From assembly GCA_905480105.1 (NCBI GenBank), contig CAJQPC010000145.1, forward strand, positions 7,234 to 71,233: a DNA stretch of 64,000 bases. Direction: 5' to 3'. Shown here piece after piece: positions 25,090-34,571 of this stretch. Each line of letters starts with the position of its first letter. The first letter of the stretch is position 1. Position numbers and translations under genes: made by a program. The DNA is from an uncultured bacterium (lineage in GTDB: Bacteria > Myxococcota_A > UBA796 > CAJQPC01). The notes beneath the pieces were generated by a model. It was not told the DNA's origin. It was given only the letters and a program-made list of their open reading frames with translations, and did no database searches.

Positions 25090-26522
25090 TGTCCAAGCGA
25101 CTCATCGCGCCGCTGCTGGCCTTGTCTCTGAGTATTGGGGCTGTGAGTATCCTGACTTTCTCTGAGCCAGGCTTTGCAGACGAGGACAACCTGCGCGATG
25201 TCTTAGTTGTGGTGCAGACCCAGTCTGCTATCGACGTTCCTTACCGCTACGGAAACATCGCCACGGGCTCGGACATCATCAAGGTGGTGCCCCTGCGTGA
25301 CTCCAACCAGCTTCTCATTGCAGGTAGGCGCTCGGGCACGACCAACATCTTGGTCTATGACATCGATGGCGTTCTGCGTGACGAGTTCGAGGTCACGGTT
25401 ATCCCCAGCAACCTCTCCCGGGTGATGAAGAACGTGGAGAATATTCTCGATGATATCGAGGGTATCTCAATCAAAATCATCAACGACCGCGTCTATATCC
25501 AGGGCGAAGTTTCCCTGGATGAAGAGAAGGAACGGATCGAGGACTTGGCGGCCCGCGAGGCGATGGTCGAGTCCATGGTCACCCTGTCTCCCGTCGCTCA
25601 GAAGTTGCTGGCTGGCATTATTGAGCAGGAGATCGAGCGTCCGGGTGTGAAGGTTCGCGTGGTGAACAACCAGATTCTGCTGGAGGGCGTTGTCTTCTCC
25701 CAGGCGGAGTTGGCTCGCGCCCAGGCCATCGCCACGGCCTATAGCCCTGATGTGGTCAGCGTTCTGGATATGCGGGAGGTGGAGCGCATCCCCGGTCGCA
25801 ACCAGACCTTGGTCATCACCGTACACTTCGTGGAGTTGGCCAAGAGTCTGACCCAGTCTTGGGGTGTGGAATGGACTCCGCTCACGGTTGCCGGTCCTGA
25901 CCTTTTCTTCCAGCGGGACTACGCCAATGGCGCCTGGGGTCAGACCAGTGGCTACGCGACGGCCACGGTGGGCTCGCTCTTGCCCCGCATCGAGCAAGCC
26001 CGCAGTGCGGGCTATGCCCGTGTGCTGGAGAACCCCACCATCTCGGTGAAGAGTGGCGATAGCGCGAGTATCTTCGCGGGGGCTGAGTACCCCTACCTGA
26101 TCTCTCAAGGGCTGTTCAACAGTGTGGAGTTTCGGGACATAGGCATCCGCGTGGACGTGACGCCCTATGCCCAGGGCAACGAGGTGGACATGGACATTGG
26201 AGTCGAGGTCACCGCGCTCGGTGAGATCGCTCCCAATGGATACCAGGCGGTCAACAAGTCCAGCCTGAGTACCTCGGAGTTCTGCCGCAGTGGCGAGAGC
26301 ATCGTGATCGGGGGTCTCCAGCGGGTCAATGACTCCGTGGACTACAATCGCGTGCCCACCCAGGGGGTGGAAGGTGCCGTGTACAGCCTGTACCGGAACA
26401 AGGAATTCAAAAAGTCCAAGAGCCAGTTCCTGGTGTTCCTGACCCCGCAGATTCACGAGACCAGCAGCTCGGCCAATCAGGAGATCAAGGACCAGTTCAA
26501 CTTGGACGAGGTCCGGCAATAG
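25089..26522 (+). CDS. CpaC/RcpA-family secretin
   Basis: ATG at 25089 overlaps the CpaB stop (TGATG). Signal MSKRLIAPLLALSLSIGAVS. Secretin C-domain (...IVIGGLQRVNDSVDYNRVP...SQFLVFLTPQI). Confidence 0.85.
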   Translation: MSKRLIAPLLALSLSIGAVSILTFSEPGFADEDNLRDVLVVVQTQSAIDVPYRYGNIATGSDIIKVVPLRDSNQLLIAGRRSGTTNILVYDIDGVLRDEFEVTVIPSNLSRVMKNVENILDDIEGISIKIINDRVYIQGEVSLDEEKERIEDLAAREAMVESMVTLSPVAQKLLAGIIEQEIERPGVKVRVVNNQILLEGVVFSQAELARAQAIATAYSPDVVSVLDMREVERIPGRNQTLVITVHFVELAKSLTQSWGVEWTPLTVAGPDLFFQRDYANGAWGQTSGYATATVGSLLPRIEQARSAGYARVLENPTISVKSGDSASIFAGAEYPYLISQGLFNSVEFRDIGIRVDVTPYAQGNEVDMDIGVEVTALGEIAPNGYQAVNKSSLSTSEFCRSGESIVIGGLQRVNDSVDYNRVPTQGVEGAVYSLYRNKEFKKSKSQFLVFLTPQIHETSSSANQEIKDQFNLDEVRQ

Positions 26523-26532
26523 GAGGCCCATC

Positions 26533-28767
26533 GTGTCTACGCGCATTGTCGCGGTCACGGGCGCCAGAGATGGCGTTGGACGGACCACTTTTGCAGTGAA
26601 TATGGCCCTGTCCTTGATCAAGGAGACGCGCTCTCGGGTGCTCTTGTTGGATCTGGACGGGGAGTCGGTGGGTGACTGTCAGGCGCTCTTGGGGTTGCCG
26701 CTTCAGGGGGACCAAGTTGCGCGCTCTGCCGTAGACTTTGCGCCGTATACCGACCAGCTTAGCTCCGATCAATTCCGCCAGTACATCTCGGCACACCCGG
26801 CCGGCATGGGGGTGATTCCCTTGGCACCCAGTCCCGAGCGAAGCGCGGAGCTATCCCTGGACAAGCTCCAGGAGCTCTTGGGCTTGGCATTGCCCCTGTG
26901 CGACTTCATGGTCGTGGACTGCGGTGTGGGGCTGAACGACCGCTCCTTGAAGATCTTCGAGCAGGCCGCCGGCATTTTTGTGCTCGCCACGCCAGATCTC
27001 TCAGTTCTGCGCCACACCAGGCGTCTCGTAGAGTCCCTGCAGCGTCTGCAGTTTCCAGCGGAGCTGCTCAAAGTGGTGGCCAACAAGATGCCCGCCAAGG
27101 GGGCGCTTGGTCCCGACAAGATGCTCCAGGTGCTGGGCCGCAAGGTCATGGTCACGCTGCCCAATGAACCCACCGTCGCCAACAAGGCTGAGATGGAGGC
27201 GAACCCTTTCGTGCTCGGTCAGCCCAGAGAGCGGCTGAGTCGGGTGTACGACGAGTTCGTGCGGAAGCTTGTGGAGATGGGCGCCCTGGACCGCATGGCC
27301 CTGCTTGCCAGGCCGCAAGGGGCCAGTATTGGTGGAGGACGGGGGGCCTCGCTCTCGGGAGATGCCCAGCAGGAGCTGGCGGCCTACCAGAAGAAGCGCG
27401 GCGGAAAGGCCGCAAGCGTTCAGGACATCGATCCCCGCACTCAAATCAAGATGCTGCTGCACATGCGCATGGTGGAGACGGTGGACCTAAAGAGCTTGGA
27501 GCGGGATCTGGCCGCCGATGGCGGAGATCGAGACGAGGCCCTGCGCGAGCGCATCACCCAAGCGGTTGTGGGGCTGATGGACCAGGTGGGTGCGCACATT
27601 AGCGACCGCATGGAGCGCAAGCGTATCGTCAAAGAGGTGGTTGATGAGGCTGTAGGTCTGGGACCTTTGGAAGACTTTCTCGAAGACGACCGGGTCACGG
27701 AGATCATGGTCAACGGCCGCAACGATGTGTTCGTGGAGATGAACGGTAAGCTGACCAAGACACAGGCTACCTTTACCGACGATGCCCAGCTCTTGGGGGT
27801 AATCGAGCGCATTGTTCAGCCAATTGGCCGTCGCATCGACGAAAAATCGCCGATGGTGGACGCCCGACTGAAAGACGGCTCTCGTGTCAATGCAATCATC
27901 CCACCCTTGGCCATCGACGGCCCCAGCATCACCATCCGAAAATTCAGCAGGGACCCCTTTAAGGTCAAGGACCTGGTCAAGTTCGGCTCCCTGACCGCCG
28001 AGATGGCCGACTTCTTGCGGGCCTGTGTCGAAGCCCACATGAACATCCTGATCAGTGGTGGAACCGGCTCCGGAAAGACAACTCTTCTCAACGTGATGAG
28101 CAGCTTCATCCCAAGTACTGAGCGGATCGTAACGGTCGAGGATTCCGCCGAGTTGCAGCTCAAACAGCCCCATGTGGTTCGCTTAGAGACCCGCCCAGCC
28201 AATGTAGAAGGAGAAGGGGAAGTTGGCATTCGTGAGTTGGTACGCAACACCCTGCGAATGCGCCCCGACCGCATCGTGGTTGGAGAGTGCCGCGGCGCCG
28301 AGGCCATCGATATGCTCCAGGCGATGAACACCGGTCACGATGGCTCGCTGACCACAATCCACTCCAACAGTCCGAGAGATTGTCTTTCGCGTCTGGAGAC
28401 ATTGGTGATGTTTGCCGGTTTGGATCTGCCCAGCCGGGCCATTCGTGAGCAGATGGCCAGCGCCATCCACATCATCGTGCAGCAGTCACGTCTGAGCGAC
28501 GGTTCCCGAAAGATCACTCAGGTTTCAGAGGTGACCGGCATGGAAGGCAACGTCATCACGCTGCAAGACATCTTCATCTACAAGCAGGAGGGCTTTGCTG
28601 ACGGCAAGGTCCAGGGGCGCTACATGGCCACCGGCTTTGTCCCGCGCTTTGTACAGACCCTCCAGGCCCGAGGGATTGCACTGCCTAGGGGGCTCTTTGC
28701 CCGTCCTCAAAGCGACAATACCGGCAGCAAACCCCCTGTTGGTAGACCTCCCCGGGGGCGCCGCTGA
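26533..28767 (+). CDS. fused TadZ/CpaE-like ParA/MinD-type domain + TadA/CpaF secretion ATPase
   Basis: GTG at 26533 after AGGAGG (26521-26526). N-terminal IVAVTGARDGVGRTTFAVNMA (deviant P-loop). C-terminal half has GLGPLEDFLEDDRVTEIMVNG, Walker A GGTGSGKTT (28057-28083) and the CpaF-type sequence ECRGAEAIDMLQAMNTGHDGSLTTIH. Confidence 0.85.
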   Translation: MSTRIVAVTGARDGVGRTTFAVNMALSLIKETRSRVLLLDLDGESVGDCQALLGLPLQGDQVARSAVDFAPYTDQLSSDQFRQYISAHPAGMGVIPLAPSPERSAELSLDKLQELLGLALPLCDFMVVDCGVGLNDRSLKIFEQAAGIFVLATPDLSVLRHTRRLVESLQRLQFPAELLKVVANKMPAKGALGPDKMLQVLGRKVMVTLPNEPTVANKAEMEANPFVLGQPRERLSRVYDEFVRKLVEMGALDRMALLARPQGASIGGGRGASLSGDAQQELAAYQKKRGGKAASVQDIDPRTQIKMLLHMRMVETVDLKSLERDLAADGGDRDEALRERITQAVVGLMDQVGAHISDRMERKRIVKEVVDEAVGLGPLEDFLEDDRVTEIMVNGRNDVFVEMNGKLTKTQATFTDDAQLLGVIERIVQPIGRRIDEKSPMVDARLKDGSRVNAIIPPLAIDGPSITIRKFSRDPFKVKDLVKFGSLTAEMADFLRACVEAHMNILISGGTGSGKTTLLNVMSSFIPSTERIVTVEDSAELQLKQPHVVRLETRPANVEGEGEVGIRELVRNTLRMRPDRIVVGECRGAEAIDMLQAMNTGHDGSLTTIHSNSPRDCLSRLETLVMFAGLDLPSRAIREQMASAIHIIVQQSRLSDGSRKITQVSEVTGMEGNVITLQDIFIYKQEGFADGKVQGRYMATGFVPRFVQTLQARGIALPRGLFARPQSDNTGSKPPVGRPPRGRR

Positions 28768-29693
28768 TGTCCGAGTGGCTGCTGCTGCCAGGCTGGTACG
28801 ACTTGCTCACGGGCCTGCGCCTGTTGGCTCTTCTGCCCTTTCTTATTGCTTGGGGTGCCGTTGGCTGGATGGCCGGTCCTTGGCTCGAAGCTCGCTTTTT
28901 GGATACCACCTCCGGCTACGTGAGTTGGATGGTGCAAACCGCCGACAAGATGTTCATGGAGATCTCCGGCAGGCAGGTCGTGTTCGGTATGTTTGTGGGG
29001 ATGGTACTGGGGGTCGTTGCTGCCTTTTTGTTGACTGCAGGGCTGGCGTGGACCACGCCGTACCACCTGTTGCGTGCCTTGCTCGTCATGATCTTCGTCT
29101 TGGTGGGCTACCGGGTGCCACGCTGGATCATGAAATGGGTCTGGAATCGCCGGGTCAATACCTTCAGTGAGCAGATGCTGGACGCCCTGACCTTTATGTC
29201 CAACGGACTCAAGTCCGGACTGAGCTTGGTGCAGTGCATGGACATGGTGCGCGAGGAGCTCCCGAACCCTGTCTCCCAGGAGTTTGGGCTGGTCATGTCC
29301 GAACAACGCTTGGGTGTGCCATTAGAGGACGCCTTGATCAATCTCGAGGACCGCATCGGGACCGAGGACCTTCAGATCATGGTGACCTCCATCAACATCC
29401 TGCGGCAGTCCGGTGGCAACCTGAGCGAGACCTTCGACACCATCTCCTTCACCATTCAGGAGCGCCGCAAGGTGCAGGGCCGCATCAAGACCCTGACAGC
29501 CCAGGGCATCTCCCAGGGTGTGATCATCGTCATCCTGCCTTTTGTGCTGGGCGCGGTGCTCTATGTGATGGACGGGGAGCTCATCGAGCGGCTCTGGACC
29601 ACCGGTCTGGGCTGGGCCATGCTCGCTGTGATGCTGTTCTTGCAGATTCTGGGTGCCTTTCTGATCAAGCGCATCGTGACCATCGAGGTCTGA
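28767..29693 (+). CDS. TadB/TadC-type (T2SS F-family) inner-membrane platform protein
   Basis: Start overlaps the ATPase stop. T2SSF-like cytoplasmic region (LDALTFMSNGLKSGLSLVQCM...) flanked by TM segments. It is the only such gene in the locus. Confidence 0.75.
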   Translation: MSEWLLLPGWYDLLTGLRLLALLPFLIAWGAVGWMAGPWLEARFLDTTSGYVSWMVQTADKMFMEISGRQVVFGMFVGMVLGVVAAFLLTAGLAWTTPYHLLRALLVMIFVLVGYRVPRWIMKWVWNRRVNTFSEQMLDALTFMSNGLKSGLSLVQCMDMVREELPNPVSQEFGLVMSEQRLGVPLEDALINLEDRIGTEDLQIMVTSINILRQSGGNLSETFDTISFTIQERRKVQGRIKTLTAQGISQGVIIVILPFVLGAVLYVMDGELIERLWTTGLGWAMLAVMLFLQILGAFLIKRIVTIEV

Positions 29694-29819
29694 GCTGGGG
29701 GCTTGGAGATGCATGCATCGTCCAGCTGCATTGCAGCGGACCCCAGCCGGCCAATCAGCGCACCCTGATCCAGCCCGCGGGGGAGCCGTCGGGCAGCTCA
29801 AACTGTACAGAGGCGTGCG

Positions 29820-30803
29820 TCAAAACCCGCGGGTGAAGGCGTGTTCGTAGTCGATGGAAGCCTCCTGATCGTAGAAAACCCCACGCAAGGTATTCCCGTC
29901 AATCTCCACCCATAAAAAGCCGGCCTTCCGGTCGTCTTCGAACTGACTAGGGGTTCCCCGACCCACCAGACCGCTGGTCTTGGCCGCCGCCCCGGACACG
30001 ATAAAGGCGGTCCCACACTGATCTTCCAGCCACTGGCGATTGTGGTCGTGGCCGCTCAAGTACAGGTGCATCTGCCCGCACACGGAGCTGTCCATGAAGT
30101 CCTTGACATTCCCGCCGCTGGCGATGGGGATGTAGGCGCTTCCCTCGTAGCTACCGGCGTTTCCGTGTTGGCCGTTGGACAGGTAAGGGTGGTGACCAAA
30201 GGCGATGTGCCATTTGGCGGTTGATTTGGAACGTTGGTCGGCTAACCAGGATTTCTGCTCGGGGCGGTCCCAGATCATGACCTGGTTGGTGTCCAAAGCG
30301 TAAAACTGCACGTGCTCCTGCACGAAGGTGTAGTGACGCGCGGGCATGCTCCATTTGGTGGAGCGTTGGCTGTAGTCCACCTGGTACTGGGCTTTGGTCT
30401 CGGAAAAGGAGAGCTCGCCGTAGTCGTGATTGCCCAGAACCACGTGGAAAATCAGATCCAGCTCGGCGTAGGGCTGCTCGAACTTGGTCTGGAACTGCGC
30501 ATCGTCCAGGTTGGCGATGCCGTCGTTGTAGAAGTTGTCGCCCAAGTACAGCACAAAGTCGCAGCCGAGCTCAGCGCAGACTTTCTGGACGGCCCTGGCC
30601 ACTGCGTACTGGGTGTCGTTGCCCTGGCCGCCATCTCCCATGGCCACAAAACGCACGATGGGGCTGGGCTCGCCCGGTGCGGCGGGGGGGGAAGTGCGGT
30701 CTAAGTCTTCCCGTCGCTTGATTTCGACTGGGGCTGGCAGCGGCTCTGGCAGTGGATCTGCGGCGCGCTCGCCACAGGCCAGGGCGAGGAGAAGAGTGCT
30801 CAT
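29820..30803 (-). CDS. calcineurin-like metallophosphoesterase lipoprotein
   Basis: MSTLLLALACGE lipobox. Motifs MGDGGQG, LGDNFY, GNHDY, GHHPY, GHDHN. Confidence 0.85.
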   Translation of the reverse strand: MSTLLLALACGERAADPLPEPLPAPVEIKRREDLDRTSPPAAPGEPSPIVRFVAMGDGGQGNDTQYAVARAVQKVCAELGCDFVLYLGDNFYNDGIANLDDAQFQTKFEQPYAELDLIFHVVLGNHDYGELSFSETKAQYQVDYSQRSTKWSMPARHYTFVQEHVQFYALDTNQVMIWDRPEQKSWLADQRSKSTAKWHIAFGHHPYLSNGQHGNAGSYEGSAYIPIASGGNVKDFMDSSVCGQMHLYLSGHDHNRQWLEDQCGTAFIVSGAAAKTSGLVGRGTPSQFEDDRKAGFLWVEIDGNTLRGVFYDQEASIDYEHAFTRGF

Positions 30804-30899
30804 GACAGGCCGTTCTCAGTCTTAGGCACTCGTTATCTCGGTGTGATGAGGGTCGTAGCCGTCGCTCCTGCCCGCGTGTTCGCTGCTCCGGCGGAAGCT

Positions 30900-31880
30900 T
30901 CAGCCCAGCTCGTCGATCAACTCGTCTTCTATGGACGAGTCTGGTGCGTACGCTTTTTCAGGCTTGATGCCTTTGTTTACGAAAGCGGAGACGACCATGT
31001 AGAGGATGCCTGCACCCACAAAAACGAGGGAGGTCACCTGGGAGGTGCTCAAACCGCCGTCGATATACTCGGTCAGGTAGGCGGTCCCGCGCACGGCATC
31101 GCCTCGAAACATCTCCACCATGTAGCGCAGTCCGGCGTAGCAGATCAGGTACATGCCCATGATCTGGCCGTCGAACTTACGTCCATAGCGCCAGGCCAAG
31201 CTGAGCAGTCCAAAGCCGATCAGCGCGCCTATGGCCTCGTAGGTTTGCACTGGGTACAGCGGTACATCGAAGAGCGCTCCCATGCCTTGCTGAGCGTCAG
31301 GGAACGCGCCGAAGTCCTGTGGACCGCTCGTGCGGTGGTACTCGTAAGCCACGTAGGGCTTGTCCTGCAGGGAGACGACGTCGCCGCCAGGAAAGCTGAG
31401 CAGGGTGCTGGCCACGATGGAATCGGGGACGTGCTGGCCGTGGCAGCAGCCTGCAAAGAAGCAACCCATCCGCCCGATTGCTTGGCCCAGGAGAGTGCTG
31501 GGTCCTGCGATATCGGCGACCTTCCAGGGGTTCACTCCCTTGAAGTATAGGTAGCTCCATCCGAAGATGATTGCGCCGCTCACGCCGCCCATCACAGCCA
31601 TTCCACCTTGGGTCAAGTCCAGAAGAATCAGCGGGTTCTCCAGGAAGCGCTCGCGGTCTCCAGGGCTGCCCAAGAAGTGAAGCAGTCGTGCACCGAAGAT
31701 GGAGCTCACGATAGTCACGACGATCAAGGGCACGACGACGTCGGGGTTGATGCCGACCTTGCCCATGCGGGAACCCGATATCAGAGCAGCCAGTAGGAAA
31801 GCGGTGACCAGCATCAATCCGTAGGTTCCAAATAGGAGCGGATCGCCGTCGGTCTCTTGTGCGTATAGGTAGGGAAACAT
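30900..31880 (-). CDS. lgt: prolipoprotein diacylglyceryl transferase
   Basis: Start at internal ATG 31880 (MFPYLY...). Signature GRMGCFFAGCCHG. Multi-TM. Acidic C-terminal tail. Confidence 0.9.
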   Translation of the reverse strand: MFPYLYAQETDGDPLLFGTYGLMLVTAFLLAALISGSRMGKVGINPDVVVPLIVVTIVSSIFGARLLHFLGSPGDRERFLENPLILLDLTQGGMAVMGGVSGAIIFGWSYLYFKGVNPWKVADIAGPSTLLGQAIGRMGCFFAGCCHGQHVPDSIVASTLLSFPGGDVVSLQDKPYVAYEYHRTSGPQDFGAFPDAQQGMGALFDVPLYPVQTYEAIGALIGFGLLSLAWRYGRKFDGQIMGMYLICYAGLRYMVEMFRGDAVRGTAYLTEYIDGGLSTSQVTSLVFVGAGILYMVVSAFVNKGIKPEKAYAPDSSIEDELIDELG

Positions 31881-31911
31881 CAGGCCTCTTCTAACCACGG
31901 AAGTGCAGGTC

Positions 31912-32634
31912 TCACAACCCAAGATGCCCCGCATTGTCGGTAGGTGCGTCTGGTTCTCCGGTCAGGGCGCTTTTATTGCCCGTCCAGGCGGGCAGTAAAC
32001 CCATCTCGGCAAGAGAACAGAAACTCCTGCTGCCCAGGATGAGATGGTCCGCCAGCTGCACGCCCAGTCTACGGCCCAACTCGCCCACTCGGCGGGTGAC
32101 CGCTCTGTCCTCGGGCGAGGGACGGGGGTCCCCAGATGGGTGGTTGTGGGCCAGAACCAGGGAGCGCGCGCCGAGCATTAGGGCGGGTCTAAAAACCTCT
32201 CTTGGGTCCACTAAGGTGCGGTCTACCGAGCCGGTACTCAGGGCCTCCAGGGCCAAGGGACGACCGCTCGTAGAGAGGTACAGGCCATAGAGATGCTCCT
32301 GCCGCCGGGCGTTCAATGCCGGTCGAATCCAGCGCTCCGCGTCTTGGGGACACGTGATCTGCTCCGGGCCGGGGTCACGAGGAGGGACGAGGGTAAGTGC
32401 GCATGCGGCGTGCACTCGGACTGCGCGGGCGGGGCCCAAGCCGGGCACTTGGGTCAATGCACGCACGGGCACTTGAGCGATTTGCCGAGCGCCGCCAAAG
32501 CGTTGGAGAAGCTCCAGGGCAATGCGCCGGGTGCCATAGGGTCCAGAAGCTGTGCCGATGATGAGAGAGAGTAGCTCCAGCTCGCTGCTGGTGCGGGGTC
32601 CGTTCAGAGTGTAGTGCTCGCGCTGTCCATGCAT
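31912..32634 (-). CDS. radC: RadC-family JAMM/MPN protein
   Basis: HhH-like N-terminal region. JAMM motif LVLAHNHPSGDPRPSPEDRAVT. Start is either ATG 32634 or the ORF start at 32679. Confidence 0.85.
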   Translation of the reverse strand: MHGQREHYTLNGPRTSSELELLSLIIGTASGPYGTRRIALELLQRFGGARQIAQVPVRALTQVPGLGPARAVRVHAACALTLVPPRDPGPEQITCPQDAERWIRPALNARRQEHLYGLYLSTSGRPLALEALSTGSVDRTLVDPREVFRPALMLGARSLVLAHNHPSGDPRPSPEDRAVTRRVGELGRRLGVQLADHLILGSRSFCSLAEMGLLPAWTGNKSALTGEPDAPTDNAGHLGL

Positions 32635-32775
32635 CGTGTCCCCAGGCGTTTGGGGAGTCAGAAGCAAGGCCCGTGCCACGCTCTGTGCCGCACAGAGTCA
32701 GCCGCCAGGGGTGCCGGGTGTCCACTTTTAGACAGGCCCTGTCGGGTCTCTGACACCCTTCAGTCTGGGTGTCGT

Positions 32776-33798
32776 CTACTGTAAGCGGACGTCCAGGTTC
32801 AGGCTGATGGTGTCCGGTCCGTACAGGTTCGCGTCGTTCATGCTGGTGCGCTGTGCCGCGCCCACGCTGTTCAAGGCGGAGTGAAAGGACGCCAGCTGCG
32901 CGGGAGGAATCCGGACTTGCACCTGCACACGCCCGCCGTCCAGATCAGCTTCGCTCAGTGTTGCGCCGGTCTTGCCGTGGACCGCCCGTCCACCGTGGCG
33001 TTCCGCCAAAGCGGCGATCTGACGGAGGCTGCTGCTGTCCTTGACCACCACGCTGTAGGCCACCGCCGCGTTGAGTTGGGTTTCTAAGTCGACGGACTGC
33101 GCTTCTGGTGTTTCGAAGGCTGGCTCGGCACCTGAGGTGCTGCCGATGGGCGCTTCGCCCTGGGTACCCAAGTCCAGCATGCCCACCACGTCAGAGCCCT
33201 TGGGCCCTTTCATATCGGCCTTGTCCATAGAGCCGCTCTTGGCGGGCTTGTCGGAGGTGCTGTTATCCACCGGTCCGCTAATCAATCCGTTGGCGACCTC
33301 GCGGATTGGGTCGATCTCATCTTCTGCTTGGATTGACGGCGCTGCCCCTGGGGTCTTCTGGGCCGCTTCTTTTGTTTCTTGTGCGCCGGCCGTGGCGCGA
33401 CGCTCGGGCTCGGCCGGCTGCAATGCGGCGGGCTCGGTCTCAGGCTCTCCGGAGTCTGGCAAGAAGTTGCCGACCAGGACCAGCACGATGGTGGCGGCCA
33501 CGGCCATGGCCAGGGTCTCCATTGGAAGGTCGCGGAAGAAGCGACGCAGGCGGTCCATCCATCCAATCTGGGGCATTGGCTCTACCGCTGCCTGGGCCAT
33601 CACGCGCTCGTGAAAGCCGGTGGGGGCTTGGAGAGGGCCCTCGGTGCGGAGAAGCTCCATTGCCGCCTGGATACTCTCCAGCTCAGCTCGTAGAGCCGGG
33701 TCCTTGGAGAGCGCGTCTTCGAACGCGGCTACCTGTGCCGGGCCTAATTCCCCATCCAGGTAGTCGTTCAAGCGGGTTGTGGTCTCTTGCTTAGTCAT
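32776..33798 (-). CDS. anti-sigma factor (zf-HC2-like N-terminus, single TM, periplasmic C-domain)
   Basis: Lies directly downstream of the ECF sigma gene. N-terminus LNDYLDGELGPAQVAAFEDALSKDPALRAELE. TM helix LAMAVAATIVLVLVG. Confidence 0.75.
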   Translation of the reverse strand: MTKQETTTRLNDYLDGELGPAQVAAFEDALSKDPALRAELESIQAAMELLRTEGPLQAPTGFHERVMAQAAVEPMPQIGWMDRLRRFFRDLPMETLAMAVAATIVLVLVGNFLPDSGEPETEPAALQPAEPERRATAGAQETKEAAQKTPGAAPSIQAEDEIDPIREVANGLISGPVDNSTSDKPAKSGSMDKADMKGPKGSDVVGMLDLGTQGEAPIGSTSGAEPAFETPEAQSVDLETQLNAAVAYSVVVKDSSSLRQIAALAERHGGRAVHGKTGATLSEADLDGGRVQVQVRIPPAQLASFHSALNSVGAAQRTSMNDANLYGPDTISLNLDVRLQ

Positions 33799-33807
33799 TG
33801 GCTCATC

Positions 33808-34434
33808 TCACACCACGTCGGCTAAATTCAGGCGTCGACCCAGCTTTTTTGCAAGCTCATGTCGGGCCCGGTGCAGCCGGGACTTTACGGTTCCACGAGG
33901 AAGATCCAGCAGCTTGCTTATCTCCTCGTAAGATAAATCCTCGATGTCCCGCAGCACGATCATCTGACGCTGTTCGTCGTCCAGCTGGTCCAGGGCCTCC
34001 TGGAGCAAGGTGCGAGCCTCGAGCTGGTGCACCAATGCGTCGGTGCCAGGTGCGTTGTCGTCTGCAAGCTGTCGTTTGGGTGCGTCGTCCTCCTGTTGAA
34101 TGCCGTCGATGGAATCGTGGCGACCGTGGGCACGTCGGTGTCGGTAGGTCTGGCGGTTTTTGCAGTGGTTGATGGCAACTCGGTAGACCCAAGTGCTCAA
34201 CTTCGCATCTCCGCGGAACCCAGGTAGCGCTCGGAACAGAGCCAGAAATACGTCCTGGGACACCTCTTCAGCGATCTCTCGGTCGCCCTTGAGCCACCGC
34301 ATGCACACGCTGAAGATGCGGTTCTGATACCGCCGAACCAACTCCGAGTATGCGTTTCGGTCACCTCCCTTGAAGCGCTGGACCAACTCCTCATCCGTCG
34401 GCCGATGGACCATGGCAAAGAGAAGGGCAAACAT
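33808..34434 (-). CDS. ECF-type RNA polymerase sigma-70 family factor
   Basis: Region 2 (EEVSQDVFLALFRALPGFRGDAKLSTWVYRVAINHC) and region 4 (EDLSYEEISKLLDLPRGTVKSRLHRAR). Confidence 0.9.
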   Translation of the reverse strand: MFALLFAMVHRPTDEELVQRFKGGDRNAYSELVRRYQNRIFSVCMRWLKGDREIAEEVSQDVFLALFRALPGFRGDAKLSTWVYRVAINHCKNRQTYRHRRAHGRHDSIDGIQQEDDAPKRQLADDNAPGTDALVHQLEARTLLQEALDQLDDEQRQMIVLRDIEDLSYEEISKLLDLPRGTVKSRLHRARHELAKKLGRRLNLADVV

Positions 34435-34571
34435 GGGTGGGCTCTAAGCCTCCGATCAAGACAGACCACAGCGTGGGTCTGGGGGTTCCGAGAACTTAGA
34501 GGGTAACACCCCTCACAACGCAACAAGGGCCTGCCGGTGGGCAGACCCTTGTTGATCTTCGAGCGCTTGCG

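Noticed and set aside
29708-29719. Perfect 12-nt palindrome GATGCATGCATC between the convergent tadB/C-like and phosphoesterase genes.
   Set aside because: It is short, has no flanking U-tract or extended stem, and occurs once. It is most likely a chance palindrome or a restriction-type site with no inferable function.
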